Source: Lama glama | Taxonomy: Eukaryota | Direction: 5' to 3' | DNA length: 64,000 nt | Assembly (NCBI GenBank): GCA_028534125.1 | Contig: CM052816.1 | Coordinates: 15,750,001 to 15,814,000, forward strand | Shown here: positions 38,100-52,094 of the stretch, in pieces | How the letters are laid out: each line of letters starts with the position of its first letter | How positions within the stretch are numbered: the stretch's first letter is position 1 | The notes under the pieces: generated by a model | Databases searched by the model: none | What the model was told of the DNA's origin: nothing | The model's input: only the letters and a program-made list of their open reading frames with translations | Made by a program: the position numbers and the translations under genes

Positions 38100-38595
38100 A
38101 TCTCCAGGTGACAAAAACAAACAAAAATTATAAACCAAATATGAAGACTATAAGAAAGAGATAACTGGAGAAAAAAATTGTAGCAAAAAGTGAGTAGCCT
38201 TAATACTTATAAAGAACTCTTACAGATCAGAAAGAAGATGAGCACCCAGTAGAAAAACAGACCACAGACAAGAATAGGCAATTCAAAAAGAATAGAAATA
38301 ACAATGAGCCAACACACTTATGAAAAGCAGTCAGCCTCACCAGGAATCAAATAAATGCAAATTAAAGCAACAAAGAGGCGTTATCTTTTGCCTAGCTAAT
38401 TGACGGAGATTAAATACTTGATAATACCTCGTGTTGGTGAGGCTGTGGAAAAAACAGGCCCTGTCATTCACTGGTGGGAGTGCAAATTGGTGCAACCTTT
38501 CCAGAATACAATTTGGCAACGTGTAAAGCTGAGGAAGATTGCATACCCTTCTGACGCAGCAATTCCACTTTTAGGAAGATTGCCTTAGGAAATAA
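38100..38595 (+). mobile_element. Old LINE-1 ORF2 fragment
   Basis: Degenerate L1 motifs (aaatgcaaattaaagcaacaa; ctggtgggagtgcaaattggtgcaacc; gcagcaattccacttttagga). Confidence 0.7.
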
Positions 38596-38609
38596 TTGCG
38601 GATAATAAC

Positions 38610-38845
38610 AGTAACAGCTAACCTTTATTAAATGCTCTGTGTATGCCAGGCTCTCCATGCATTATCTCATATAATCCCTACAGCCATCATCCCATGAGGC
38701 AGAAGCTGTTTATATCACCAGTGTTTTACAGGCAGGAAACTGAGGCACAAAAGGATTAAGACAATGGCCTGAGGACACAGAGCTAACAAGTGGCAAAGCC
38801 TGGATTTGAACCCAGGCAGTCTGAGTCAGGAGCCTCACTGCCTGC
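38610..38845 (-). mobile_element. MIR SINE
   Basis: ttttacaggcaggaaactgaggcaca...ggatttgaacccaggcagtctga. Confidence 0.8.
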
Positions 38846-40059
38846 ACAGTATACACGATGTGAACAAAGGATGTTGTGCACAGGCTATAAATGAAGATGA
38901 AGCTGCAAGGACGTTCCTCTGGTCTTGTTTGTAATGGGGGTGTGGTGAGGAAGGTGAGAACATATGCTGAATACCCCATGATAGGAATTGGTTACATAAA
39001 TTATGATATACCTGTATGGGAATATTACACGACCCTGAAATGATGCTATAGAAAAATGTGTGTGAATATTAGAGCTTTTTGTCTATGCATTAATGATCTC
39101 TAAAAGGATATAAAAGGAACTGATAAAATTGGTTGCCTCCTGGAAAGGCCATGGTCAGAAATTAGAGGGGGACTTGTTTTTTCAGCCATATACTCTTCAC
39201 TTCTTGAATTCTGATCATGTGAATATACTATTAAAATATTCATACATCTATAAATATATATGCACATAAGTTATGTTATAGAACTTATTCCATGTATTTC
39301 CTTGAAATGCTACTAAGGGTTCCCAGAAAAAGCTCTAAGACCCTTACTTGGAGAAGCATACTGAAGTCAAAGATACTTCTTTAACTGTTTACCCACGTAT
39401 TTCCCAAAATGATTTGCTCTTGGAACTCTTTTACAAGTGATATCTATTATCTCTCTGGATATGCATGTCCTAAGAAGTTGGTTTGGGAAATGTTATTAAT
39501 ATTTAGTGCCAAGGTGAAAGGCTTACAGTGTTTCATTAAATGAAAGAAAACATGTTACTGGCACTGATCCCATTTTGCTTAAAAATAGATGTTAGGTGTG
39601 TGTGTGCTGTCTCTGAGCACTGGGATAATGTGTGCCTTTGTTTCCTCCTTTTTATCCATCTGTATTTTTAAATTTTCTAAAATGAACAAAAATCACTTCA
39701 CAAGCACTGTTTTTTGTCTGTGTAATGTATTTTTTAAGGCTTTGGGAGCCCTTTCTCTCCATACCGCCTTTGTCCTGGCACCCCACTGTCATTTACTCCC
39801 TACTAACAGCCCCAGCCCAGGGTCAGGTCCACTGAGGGGGCCCTATCTTTGGCCAGGCCCTCAGACCTGTCTTCATCCAGAGCTAGCTCAGGCTGTTGCT
39901 CTGAGCTGCTAAGGGAAGGACCAATGGCCAAAATGGAGCCAGTCAGTCCCCAGACAACACTCCAGGTGTCAGCAGACCCTTCCTTCAGCTAGGTTCTCCC
40001 ATCCTTAAAGAGACACTGAGGCTGCAGAAGCAGACATCAGCCTGACACGCTGCAAATCC

Positions 40060-40220
40060 AGATACCTGGGCTTCAATCCCAGCTGTTTGTCTGCCTGGCT
40101 GCCTGACTGTGTGACCTTGGCCAAGTTTCTTAACCTCTCTGAGTCTCATCTTCACACTTTATGTCAACAGTGACACCTGTCTTATAGAGCTCAGGGGACC
40201 AAATGACAGCATCCTGTAAA
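40060..40220 (+). mobile_element. MIR SINE
   Basis: ctgtgtgaccttggccaagtttcttaacctctctgagtctc. Confidence 0.7.
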
Positions 40221-40859
40221 GGGCTGTCCTGATGGAAATTATCACACACCCCAGCAGAGAGCATGGGCTTGCCATCACCTTCCAAGAGCAGAGTACATTT
40301 TCCTTTTTTTTTTTTTTTTTAAGTTGTTAGGGGATGGGGAGAAAGGAGGTGAAACATGCGAGACCAGGGCATGTGGAAATAGAATGGAGGTCAAGAAAAA
40401 ACGGGCAAAGCCTCTTAGCTCAGCATTTGCACCCCTATGGCCCTGACTGGGCCTGTGCCCAGCAGTGTAGCCCCACACCCTGTCCCCCACACAGCCACTC
40501 CACTACGCCCATTCAAGTCGGCCCACCTCGCCAGACCACATGCAATTCTCCTAAACCACAGCGCTGACTCTGCTTGGCTTACCACCCTCCCTGCTTCTAG
40601 CCCCATCCTTTAGCTCTTAGCTAAGTTAGCTCTTCCCCCAGCCTGGGTTGAGGTCACTCCTCAGGGCTTCAGCACTCCCAAGCCTCCATGAACCATGCTG
40701 TGATGTCACTGCCAGGTTACAGCTCGCTCCTCTGCCAGACTGAATTTCCTGAGGACACGAGGTGTGTCTGTCATTTTGGCCCAGCTATGTCCCCTGGGTC
40801 CAGCATAGGCCTGGGGTCTGGGACAGGACTTAGGTCTCCTTGACTTCAGTCCTCATTAT

Positions 40860-41000
40860 CTAAGTTTGAATTCCAGCTTCATCACCTTGGGGAAGTGACT
40901 TCACCATTCTGAGCCTCCGTTTTCCCCATCTATAAATGGGTTTAATCATTGCAATGAACTCATAGGGTTATTTTCATCAGCTAATGTATAGAAAATTCTG
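40860..41000 (+). mobile_element. MIR SINE
   Basis: ccttggggaagtgacttcaccattctgagcctccgttttccccatctataaatggg. Confidence 0.7.
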
Positions 41001-41219
41001 AGTACCATTCCAGGTGTGAGGGGAAACTCTCCATAGGCAGTACGCACAATGACATCATCCCAGACATTGACTTGAACTGGTAAACGACACCAGGAGGGGT
41101 GGCTCCCAGGACCCTCTCCTTCCTCCAGCCCCCCAGGAAGTGGCCTTTCCTCCGCTGCTCATGCTTGGCACTGCCCCACCACCACCACCACGCTCACCTC
41201 CTGCCTTGTACCCCTACAG

Positions 41220-41391
41220 CCACCCGGCCCAAGCTGAAGAAGATGAAGAGCCAGACGGGACAGGTGGGTGAGAAGCAATCACTGAAGTGTGAGGCAGCAG
41301 CCGGTAACCCCCAGCCCTCCTACCGCTGGTTCAAGGATGGCAAGGAGCTCAACCGCAGCCGCGACATTCGCATCAAGTACGGCAACGGCAG
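41220..41391 (+). CDS. NRG2: NRG2 Ig-like domain exon, first half (ATRPKLKKMKSQTGQVGEKQSLKCEAAAGNPQPSYRWFKDGKELNRSRDIRIKYGNGR)
   Basis: Peptide recognisable as the NRG2 Ig domain. Acceptor cccctacag|, donor AG|gtgagc; 172 nt, phase 1 to phase 2. Confidence 0.97.
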
Positions 41392-44300
41392 GTGAGCAGC
41401 TTCCCTTCCTCCCTCCTGCCGCCCAGCCGCCCTCCCTCCTTCCTGAGAAGAGGAGACCTGAGCTGGAAAGAGCTCAGGGCCGGACCCCCAGATCCACCCA
41501 TGGAACCAGCTCTGGTCCCCCTGTTTTTTTTTTTTGCCATGCCCAATTTCTCCTTGCAGCTCTGGGCCCCTGTGCTGAGGTCCTGCAGTCAGTGGCTGCT
41601 GAATTAATGTCCCTGGATGGGTAAAGGCAATTTGAGTCTCAAAGTCAGCTTTAACTGTGGAAGTCCCCTTTTGTCCCTAAAACTTCTCAAAGGATCTGCC
41701 ACAGTGCCTGAAACTCACCACTGGGCAGTCTTGGGTGAAGGACTCTGACTCTAGAATGTGTCTGGGAGGTCACGTGTGATGATGGGCTGGTTCCTCAGCT
41801 CCACAGGCTGTCACTGGGCAGAGAGCCAGGTAAGGGGAAAGGCACATGGCTTTCACTGGTGTCAGGACTCCGTATGCCAGACAGGACCCCTGTGACATGG
41901 GAATGGTCTTTAATCTAGGATCACTGGGCTGTGAAGATGGCCTCTCTTCCATCTTGGATTGGATGGGCAGAGAGGGCTGTAGGCACCAGAGGAGACAAGA
42001 GTCCAAGGGCAGCCCCTCACCTCTATCCTGTCCTTCAGCTCCTGAAGGGAAGGCAGGCCAAGCGAGAAGAGAGGCGCCCACCTGCTGGCTGAACACAAGT
42101 TCTGTCTGACCTCTGCTCTGCAGGCCCTGAAAGCCCGGTGGACTTCCCTCTCTGGCTGAGGCACACCTCAGCCTTTCCTGCCCCTCCAGAGGAGCCGTCA
42201 TTTCCTCCTCACTCCCCCAAATGAAAATGAAAATGATTTTAGACACAACCTGCCCCACAACAGAAAGTGATGGAAAGAAGGTCAGGGCTCAGGCTGCTCC
42301 TGGTTTGTCCTGTGGCCCCAGATGTACAGCCTGCCCCTGGGCCTTATTCTCTGGAATGTGTGAGAGACGGAGTGGGGGTCAGGGGTCGGGTCTGGGAGAT
42401 GCTTTCAGTTTTCTGACTCTCCTTCCAAGAGCCGGGGGCTAAGGTAGGACTAGTCACCCTGGCAAGTAGTCCAGGCAGAAAATGAGGTAATTGAAGAAGG
42501 ATTGGGTTCAGATCAAAGGCTGAAAGAAGAGTTTCCTAAGGGAAATTGCAAGGAGGGGGCCCGGGGTGTCCTCAGTCTACAGAGCTAGCAAGAAATTCGG
42601 GTTGCCCATCAAGATCACCTTCTGAGTCCCCCTCACCCCTTCCCGCTGCCCTGCCAAACCCGGCTCCAAGCGGAAGAGAAGAGTAGACCGGCTTCTGGAG
42701 CTGTTAGGGCCCCATCTCCCTCCTGTCCCCTCTTCCTGGTAGATGGCCTCTCCCCCCACTTCACTGAGATGAAGTCAAGGCAGAGCGTTCTGCTTGCCCT
42801 CCCCATTACTCTTGGGCAGTCCCCGATGTGGCCCATCCTCATCCCCTTTCACGACCCCATGCCATACTCCCACTCACTCAAACACACCTGCCCTCACAGC
42901 CCTTGTGCCACCACCAAACTCCTCTCTTGGGTGACTTCAGCCTCTCTCCCGACCAACAAACTGCTAACAACAAACTGCTTCTCTTCTAAAAGCTTTCCCT
43001 CTGCATTGCCGTCTCTTGTTCCTCCTCTGGCTGCTGCCCCATCCCACTCCTTCCCTCCACCACTGCGGCGCGTGAGTTTCACGCCCACTGACTCCACACT
43101 GTCTGGCCCTCCACTTCTCTTTGCTCGGCTAGAATCTGCCCTGTAAACGCACCCCCAGCATTTTGTAGCTGCAGCTCTTGATAGACCCAGCCACCTCAGA
43201 GCTTCCTGGGCGCCAGGCCTCTTAGCAGCCATTGGCATGTGGGTACCACCTGCTCCCTTGGCCCTGTAGTCCTCCTCTGCATCTAATTACCCTCTCAGGC
43301 ATCGTGGATATTGCAACTTTCCTGTGTTTGGCGCTTCGCTCTTCTGCTCGCTCCCTTTTCCACCTGTGGGTGACTTCACCCTCTCATACCTGATGACCCC
43401 AAGCCCCCATCTCTAGTTTGATGGCTTTTATTCTTTCCTGAGTTCCAGACCTATGCTGCCAGCTAAACTCTTAGATACCACCCCTGAGATATCCTACAAA
43501 CATCTCTAATCCAGAATGCCCTAGTCTGGCCTCTCACCTCTGCCCTGCTGTGCTCCCCTCTCAGCTGTGGCAGAACCAGACCGACCGCTGCCCAGCACCT
43601 GCCCCTGTGCCACCTCCTCCAGTTAGATACCATGTCTTTGGAAACAGGCACCCTTCTCCCTGCCCTGCCCACTTCTGTCCTCCCAGCCTCCAGCCTCTTT
43701 TCCTCCACTGTCCCACACTTAGCCACTCCCCACCTTTTCTCAGTCCCAGGTCCCTTTGTGAATTCATTTCTGTATGTCACATATGCAGGCTGAGTGTCAA
43801 TTATGTGCCAGACACTCCACCAGAGGCTAGAGATGCACCAGTGACTGGAGCAGACAGGGCGCCTCCAGTGAAGAGTCTGGTAAAGGCCTTCCTTGACCCT
43901 TCTTCATAAAACATGTGCCTCATACATGTGGTTTTGCTTGTGATTTGAGAGGTCGGCAGAGTCACTGACCCCTGTGACTCTGACAGGGGACGATCTTTCC
44001 AACAGGGTCCATATCTGATCCTTCGTTCACTTAGCTGCCAGATCCTGAGAGCCTGCTGAACGCCAGGAACAGCCTAGGCCTTGGGGCCCTTCCACTGCTC
44101 CTCTTCCTGGCCTCTGACCCACTCCCTGTCCCTGTCTGTTTCCTAACACCTGGATGCTCCTGATCTCTGGTCTTACCTCACCTGGATGGGGGCCCAGGCT
44201 GTTCCCTGTGCTGGCAGCTCCCCCCTTCTTGTCCCTTATAAAATTCTCCAAGGCCCAGCTTGAATGTCACATCCTCTGGGTCACCCTCCTGAGCCCTCCA

Positions 44301-47300
44301 ACAAGCTCTTGTCTCCTCTCATGGGGCCTTAGACACAGCTTCATAGCATGGTTGGGGGGCTGTCTGTCCCAGCACGAGAGAGCCTCCAGGTTCACCCCTA
44401 TGAACACCCCCTCGCCTGTGTGGCTTGGTAGAGGAGGTCTCCTTTCGGTGTGAATTGATGAGGATTTTGCAGGACTCGCTCTCCTCTGCTGGGTGCAGGG
44501 GGACACTGGGACTGGACAGGATGTCCTTTGGGTTGAGGTGGACTTGCAACAAGTTACTGTCCTGATCAAGCCTCAGCATCATTGGACAGATGGGTAACCC
44601 AGTCCTGAAACGGGGCCTGGACATGTCATCCTGGGTCTTCTCCTGGGTGCTGGGGACCCCTAAGAGCCTGCCTTGTGCCCCCAGCCCCCTTCCTGTCAGG
44701 AATCTGTCCCATTTGCTGCATTTCCAACACTTCCTTGTTCCACCCATTGTGCCCCGGGCTTCCTGCAGTGAGTTGTTGGGTTGGAGGTGTGGGTCATGAT
44801 GGAGACTTTCTGATTTCCTCTTTGTGACCCAGAGACAGCTGCCACCTCTACACACACACTTCACCTGGCACGGGGGCAGGGGTCTCCTTTCTGACAAAAT
44901 CCCCTTCCTTCAGCCCACACTGCAGCTCACAACTCTCTCCCTCCCAGCGCTCCATTCGGCCAGGCCACACTCTGTCTTGACATCACTTTTGGTCTGCGGA
45001 GACCCCCTTCTCAGTGGGTGCTGCCTGTCTCCGGGGCTGTCACACTGAGGTGTCTCACCCAAGCCTTCCTGTGCCAGGACAAAACCGACTCCCCCAGCCC
45101 TGGACATGGGGCCCTCCCCTGCAGAACCGCCGGTTCTCTTATTTATGAGGGGCAGGCTGGAACAGGCCCCTCGGGCAGGCAGCAGGAGGTAGGCACTGAG
45201 GAAAACTTGCGGACGGGTGGAGGAGGCAGCCGCCCAGATCCCATCTCTGCCAGCAGAAGACTGGCTGAGGAAGGAGGGGAGGGGCATCCATTGTGGGGGC
45301 AGGACCGGGTCAGCCCGGCGAGGGGATACCAGGCCTGCCAGGAGAGCATGAGAGAGTCCCGAGTCCTTGGAGCTTCCGACCAGAGCTAGGAGCAAGGAGA
45401 AGAGAATGTAATGGTCTCCGTGCCTTCAGGGAGTGGTCTCCTCACCCTTCAGCTCTGACCCTAAAACCTCTTGTGCAGGCTGGGGCCAACTCCCTGGAAC
45501 CAGGGCGATTATCACACACCTGGTCACCTCAGATGCCTGCAACCAGCAAACCCACGGGGGTCAGGCTTTCTGTCCCCTTGCCTCTTTCTAGTTCCTCAAA
45601 GGGGAGGGGCTCTCCCTGAGCCCCGGGCCTCCTTTCCAAGCTCTCACACCCCTCCCATGTGGGAAGAACTTCCTTCCAGTTTTAGCTTTTATCCCTCCAG
45701 GTACTTTGAACCTGGCTCCACCTCATCCTGCTGCGTGTGATGTCGTATAAGGGAAGCTGCTTTGAATTCGGCTATGGCTGACAAGGAGGTTCTGGCTCTG
45801 TGTCCCCTATACATTGACACCTGTGACCCTCAGGTGCTCCCCCCAACTCTGCTCATCTAGTGTCAAGGAAGAGCTGGTGGCCAAGAAGCCAGAGAAGCCA
45901 AGTCCTGGGGCAGCTGGGATTTGTGGCATCTAATTAGGCTGGAGCCAGGAAGGAGAGGCTGTCTTGGCCAGAGGGGCCTCCAGGGTTCTGTTTTCTAATG
46001 AAGAGAACAAACTTGAATTGACAGAAGAGAATTAGAGGCAGACACCAGGCCAAGGAGACAGAGACTGACTTGGGCTGGGAGGGGTGGAGGGGAGTTAGGC
46101 AGCTGTCACTGTAACATCGGAGAGGACATCATCACAGCAAAAGGGCCTCTTTGACAAGACAACCTCGTGGAGGCTGGTTTGGGGGGTCTTAGAGTCAGGA
46201 GGTCTGGGGAGAGGCCCAGCCCAGAGGCTGAGGTGGCACCCAGGAGACAGGTCCTCAAAGCACAGTCCGGGGATGGATATGAGTCATTCTGCCATCTCTG
46301 CTACCCCGGCCCAGCCTCTCTGCTCACTGCCCTCCTTCCCCCATTAGCTTCATGGCCGTTTCTCCAGCCCTGAGTTCAGGGTAGTGACATATCTGCTACC
46401 CTACCTCCTGTTCCAGTACCCCTTCAACCCACTACATACTAGGGATCTTATTTAACTAAAGAGAAGGAGATTATATCATGTCAAGAAAATTTTCTGCTGC
46501 TTCTGGTTTCCCACTCTGGGCTTTATCCAGAGCTCAGACTGGCTGCAAAGAGCACTGGGGCTGAGGGAGGGGTGGGAGGTGTGAACAGGTCTTGCAGAGC
46601 CCAGGACACCCTGGGGCCCAGAAGGAAGGAGAGGTTTGGCAGAGCCTTCAGAAAGAAGAGGGGAGCCAGGGCCAGATGCTCTGGAGTCACACACTGCCCT
46701 AGAGTCCCTTCCCAGGCCTGGCCCCACAACTCTCGGCATGCAGGGACTGGGTGCGAAGCCCTCCACAGAGGGGGCTGGACTCAGCGTCAGGCTCAGGGAG
46801 ACGGTCCATGTGCTGCTTGGGACCCACATCCTCACCAACGCCAGCTCCTCCATCCATCTCTGCCTTTGCCTTGCCAGTTGCCCTTGGACAAGTCCGGAAG
46901 CCCCTCTGGGGCTCAGTTTTCCCATCTGTCCTGCCCTGTCCTCCCCTCCAGATTAGCCGTGAGGGTCAAGGACGCCTTGAGGTTAGGATCTTTTTGTTCC
47001 CTGAGGTATCCAAGCTCCCTGCACACAGAAGGCACTCGGTAAACACTTGTTGAATGAATGAATGAAGCAAAAGCCCTTGGAGAGGCCACAGAGTGCCTCT
47101 TAGTGGCAGGGCTGGACATAAAGGCAGGGGAGAGCCACAGGTTTGGACTAGGAGACTGGACAATTGCCATGGGAACCTGAGAATGGGTCCTGTGTATCAA
47201 GAGTGATGGGGCTGCTGCTTCTAAGGGGAGGCTGAGGGAGCTGGTGAGCCAGAGGCTGCTCTGTTGGAAACGGGTGGCGGGAGACACGCCGGGACTGGGA

Positions 47301-47667
47301 GAAGGGCACTGAAAGAGGAGGGAGGTGGCCATGTGACTTCCTAAGGGACTCCAGTTTCCTCCCTTAGAAACATGGTTACAACGAGGTCCAGCCCTGGAAA
47401 AGTGGATGTGAGGATTCAGTCTTAGTACAAATGTCACCACTAGTCCCAGCCTGTGTTGTGAGTGCCCAGGTCTCCCTCCAGCTCTGGGGACTCCACATTC
47501 CACCTGGACCCCAGAAGTGGCTGGTCTGAGGGAATTGACTTCCTGGCCACCATGCAGACATTGTGGCTCTGCAAGGAGAGGTGGCCGCTGGGTGACCACT
47601 GGGGAGCCACAGCCGGCCTGAGCCCTGGCTCACACCTCTCCCCTCTCTTATCCCCTCCTTTAACCAG

Positions 47668-47786
47668 AAAGAACTCACGACTACAGTTCAACAAGGTGAA
47701 GGTGGAGGACGCTGGGGAGTACGTCTGCGAGGCCGAGAACATCCTGGGGAAGGACACCGTCAGGGGCCGGCTCTTCGTCAACAGCG
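47668..47786 (+). CDS. NRG2: NRG2 Ig-like domain exon, second half (KNSRLQFNKVKVEDAGEYVCEAENILGKDTVRGRLFVNS)
   Basis: Ig I-set D-x-G-x-Y-x-C motif. Acceptor tttaaccag|, donor G|gtaggt; 119 nt, phase 2 to phase 1. Confidence 0.97.
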
Positions 47787-50700
47787 GTAGGTGGTCCCCC
47801 AACCAAGGGAGGGGTCCTAGAGGGGTTCGGTGGGGCAGCCCACGCATGACCCACCCGCACTTGACTCCCCTCCCTCCTGCCGCTGCCCTATCAAGCCCTG
47901 AGATCTGGGCCGATTCAGAGAAATGCAGTCCAAGCATAAATGTTTAGCTTTGTTATCTGGACCTGGAAGAGCCGCCAGCTCTCATTTTAAATACCCTGAA
48001 AACTAAATATTTTGAAATCAAGAGGTGGGGGTGGGGGAAGGATATTTTTAGAAGGCAATTATGGGAGGCTGGGCTGCCAGAAGCCGGGCTCCGGGAGAGG
48101 CAGGCCCAGGGTGTGTGCGAGCCGCCTGCCTGCTGATTTGCTGGGCGCCTGAGCGCAGGCAGCCAGCTCCGCAGGGCCATGGGTGGCAGGCTTGGGTGCA
48201 GCCTCTGTTCAGGGATGGTGGGCCCCTCTCCCAACAGGTCACCCCCTCCCTGGGAGACATGTGAGGTCAGGACCCCACGGCACCCTTATAGCCCAGGTGC
48301 TCAGAACCCCAAAGCTCTCTCCTCCTCCTGACACCCAGCCTGAGCGTACCACTTGGCTACCTGGTTGTTTGGATTCACTTCCAGGACTGTCTCTGTCACA
48401 GTCTAATCCTGCATCTGCCTTCATCCCTGTGCTTCCACCAGACAACCGACCAGTTCCCCTGCACCCAGCACTGTCTATTGAGAACCTGGAACCTTCCCTA
48501 CCCTCAGACCCTCAGAGGAAAACGAGGCCTCAGACCTTGTCTGTTCTGTATTGTGAAGGATCCCCCGTTCCCCCAGCCTCTTGGGCTCCTCCGTCTAATA
48601 GGGCTGAGTCTTCAGGTCATGGTCAGTCTTCTTTCTGGATCTTTCTTTCACACCTGTCCTTTTGATTCCAACCCTATTTCAGGGGCATCCCTGACCAGAT
48701 TTCATCCCTGCTCACCTGAACCAGAACAACAGCCTCTTAAGATGCTTTCATCCTCTGGTGCCTGAGCCATGGAGCCACAGAGCTAGGACTTTGTCCCACA
48801 GCCCAGCTCTTCCCAGTCTGACCCAAACGGTCTTTTCAACCCTAACTGCAGTTGGCCCCCTCATCACATTTTCACTCTTCCTCCCGAGCCAGCTCTCCCA
48901 GGCAGCTGTCCTCCTGACCGCCCCAACCCACTGCAGCGTCACTCCCAGCACAGGCCCCTCCCCCGGGCCACTTCTCGGTCCACTGCGGTCTTGTGTAGCT
49001 CTTGAACTCAATCAGATCCTTCTTTAACTCTCACCCTGTTGCTGAACTCCCTCTGTGGGTGTGACCTCCCGGTGGATTGTGAGCCCAGGAGTTGGGGAAG
49101 CAGGGAGAATGCCTTCTCCCCAAGAATTGCAGTAATAACTACCATTCCCTGGGTGCATGCTCTGTGCCAGGCTCCACATTTCCTCCAGAGACCTGACTCG
49201 ACCCCATGCTGTATTTTGTGAATTATGAGACTGAAGCTGAGAGAAGCTGAATATCCTGCCCAGAGTCAAACAGATAGATTATTTTAAAGACAGAGCTACG
49301 CAATGTTTAAGTATTTGGCAAACACTGAGCTCCTAAGCTCCGTGGGGCTCTGTCTAGCCTGTTTACCACTCCGGCCTCAGGGCCCACCACAGTGCTGGGC
49401 TCTAGTCGGCACCCAGTAAATAGTACAGAAAAGAACAGAGAACCTGGTCCAAGGCCTTTACTGACTCCACGTACCCCAGCGTGGGCGTGGCTGCAGGAGG
49501 GCTACCTGGACCCTCCTGCTCCTCCCAGCCCATCCCAAGCTGGGAAAACGGACACACTGGGGGCCTCCCTCCAGCCAGAGTGGGCAGACATTCTCAGATC
49601 CACTTGGGATTTGAGGCTCCCTGTTTTATTTTTCAAGACTTTCTTGGTTAGAATAGAAAAGAACCAACTTGAAACTACTGTAAGGAATTTATCAGTTTAT
49701 AAAACTGAGAAGTCCAGAGATAGAACTGGCCTTAGACATGACAGGAACTCAGAGCAGGGGTCAGGACGCTCCCTCCCATGGCATGCTGGCCTCTTACTCT
49801 CCTCCTGTGGAATGGTCTTCTCCCACATTTGGGGAAGGGGTTGTGAAGAGGAGGCCACAGCCTCAGATACCTCCAGGTTTACATCATCCCAGCCTGCCAC
49901 CCAGGGAGAGGAGATAGCTTTGTCTCTGTCTTCGTTTATAGAGTCACAAGGATGGATTCCTGTCCAGTGCCCCACTGGCCATGTGCTCAGGGGGCCGCGG
50001 GGCCGTCCTTGCCAGGTGTGTGAGTGTGCACAGAGTGGGTGCTGACAGGTAGAGGACTGTGAGTGATGGCTACACGGGGGCACTTCCCTAGAAGGGTGCT
50101 GAGAGCAGAGGAAGAGGGAAGGTTTCCACACCATGCAGGAAACCACAGTAGCGTCCTCTCTTCCGCCCAGGGCTTGGGGCAGAGGCAGGGCACTGTTGAG
50201 ACCCTTCTGATAAGCTGCAGCCTCACCCCACATGTGGTCTCCTGTCAGCCCTCAGCAGCCCATGTCCTGCTCAGTTAGGGATCAGGCAGTGGCGCTTCGG
50301 GCTGGGCCCTGAGGGCTCTGTGCCTCTCAGCCCTCCAGCCCGGCAGGAGAGCAGCATGCAGAGCTGTGGTCTCAGCTTTGCCGTGCACCCCTAGGCAAGT
50401 TCCTCCATCTCCCTGTCTTCACTGTTCCCACCTGAAGCTGCGCTAGATGATCTCTAAGCCCCTTTTCCCTAAAATCCTGAGATCTACACTTTGATGTTGA
50501 AGCTGACATCCTGTGCACCTCATTGCTGCCGCCGCCACTACCACACACACTCACATCGCACCACTTCAGTTGCCTGTTCAGTCCGTTGCAGGCAAGTGCC
50601 TACCCTTGAAGTGGGGAGGTGAACAGGGCCACTACAGGGGGCCAGGAGGCCTCACCGGGGACATTCTCCCAAGCAGAGATGCTCAGGCTCCTTGTTTACC

Positions 50701-51099
50701 CGTGGAACCCAGACGACCTGCAGCAACCCCACCCTGGGGGGGTGGAGGGCGGGTAGCGGGCAACTGGGCCTGCCCCCCTCTGACTCATCCCAGGGTGGGT
50801 TGGCTTGGCCCCAGGGAAGCCAGGGCAACAGGGGTGGGGCAGCCAGAAGAAGGCACAGGAGGGCTGAGAGGGAGCAGCAACTGCTCAAGGGGCATCACTG
50901 CAGCCTTGAAAGGTGAGCAGAGGTTCTCCACGCGCAGGGGGGAAAAGCAGTTGCAGGAGCTGGCAGCAGGGAGACCGTGTGCACAGCATCAGCTCCCTCC
51001 TGGCCCATTCTCTCCTCAGGGCGATAAACTCACTCACACCAACACTCTAATGGCTGATAGGGACCTCCTGGGTTTACCCTTCCCAGGTGGGTTTATTTT

Positions 51100-51285
51100 G
51101 GTTTTTGTTTTTTTAACAATTTGAGGTATAATTTACATACCATAAAATTCACCCTTTTTACAGTATACAACTCAGTGGGTTGGGTATATTCACAGTTACA
51201 TAATCACTGTCGCTAATTCCAAAACATTTTCATCATTTCAGAAAGAAACTCCGTGCCCATGAGCAGTCACTCCCCATTTCTTCTG
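51100..51285 (-). mobile_element. LINE-1 3' terminal fragment
   Basis: tttgaggtataatttacataccataaaattcaccc...cagtcactccccattt, the reverse of an old L1 3' end, preceded by a T-rich tail. Confidence 0.8.
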
Positions 51286-52094
51286 ATCAGAGCAGACCCT
51301 TCTTACAGTCTCAGCTCTGCCAGCTCACAAGAGACAGCTTTCCTGAGTTGGCTGGGAGGAGGAGTCAGCAAGTTTGTGGTGCTTTGAACAAAACAATCAG
51401 TTTGATTCAACCCACTTCTGAGTTAGACAAACCAGCTGTCTCATCCCCAGGTGAAAAAACTGGGGAATGCTGCAGGGTGGCTATACCAGTCCCAGGATGT
51501 GGGGTGGGGCCTGGCTTCACCCCAGAGGATAGGTAGGTTTGACCTGGGATGTCACAAGACCAGGGAAGCCCTGGAGAGGCTTCTGGGCCTGTCCCTTACA
51601 CCTTTGGGCCTAAAAAGGCTGTTTAATCACATACATACACACATGTACTCTCATTCAAGCCTTTAGAAAGGCCTCACGCAGCAAGACCCTGTTGTGAGCT
51701 GAGGAGTCAGTCTCGGCTCCCAGCAGAGTCCCTCAGCTGACTTGAAGCTAGAAGTACCAGAATTGAACTCAAAGCATCTGCCTGTTCTGACGCACTGACG
51801 AAGGTCAGGCAACTTAGCAACATCTCAGGGAGAGGGGACATCCCAGGCAGGTAGGAGGAAAGCCTTAATGGATGAAGGGACACTTGATCTGGGCCTTGAA
51901 AGATGAGGAGAGCTTTCCCCATATGCACGGGAGAAAAGCCCTTGCAGGAGCTGGAAGCACAGCCTCAGCTCCCCTCTCCTGGCCCATGCTCTCCTCTGGC
52001 CCCTATAAACTCTTTTATACAAGACACTAAAGGCTGACAGAGGCTTCCTGGGTTTCCCCTTCATAGGTGTTTTCTTTAAATCAATTCTTTAAAT

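Noticed and set aside
46913..47599. 228-aa antisense ORF next to the second Ig exon
   Set aside because: No recognisable homology, and it overlaps MIR/L2-like remnants (tgaatgaatgaatgaa at ~47051). Treated as a chance ORF.
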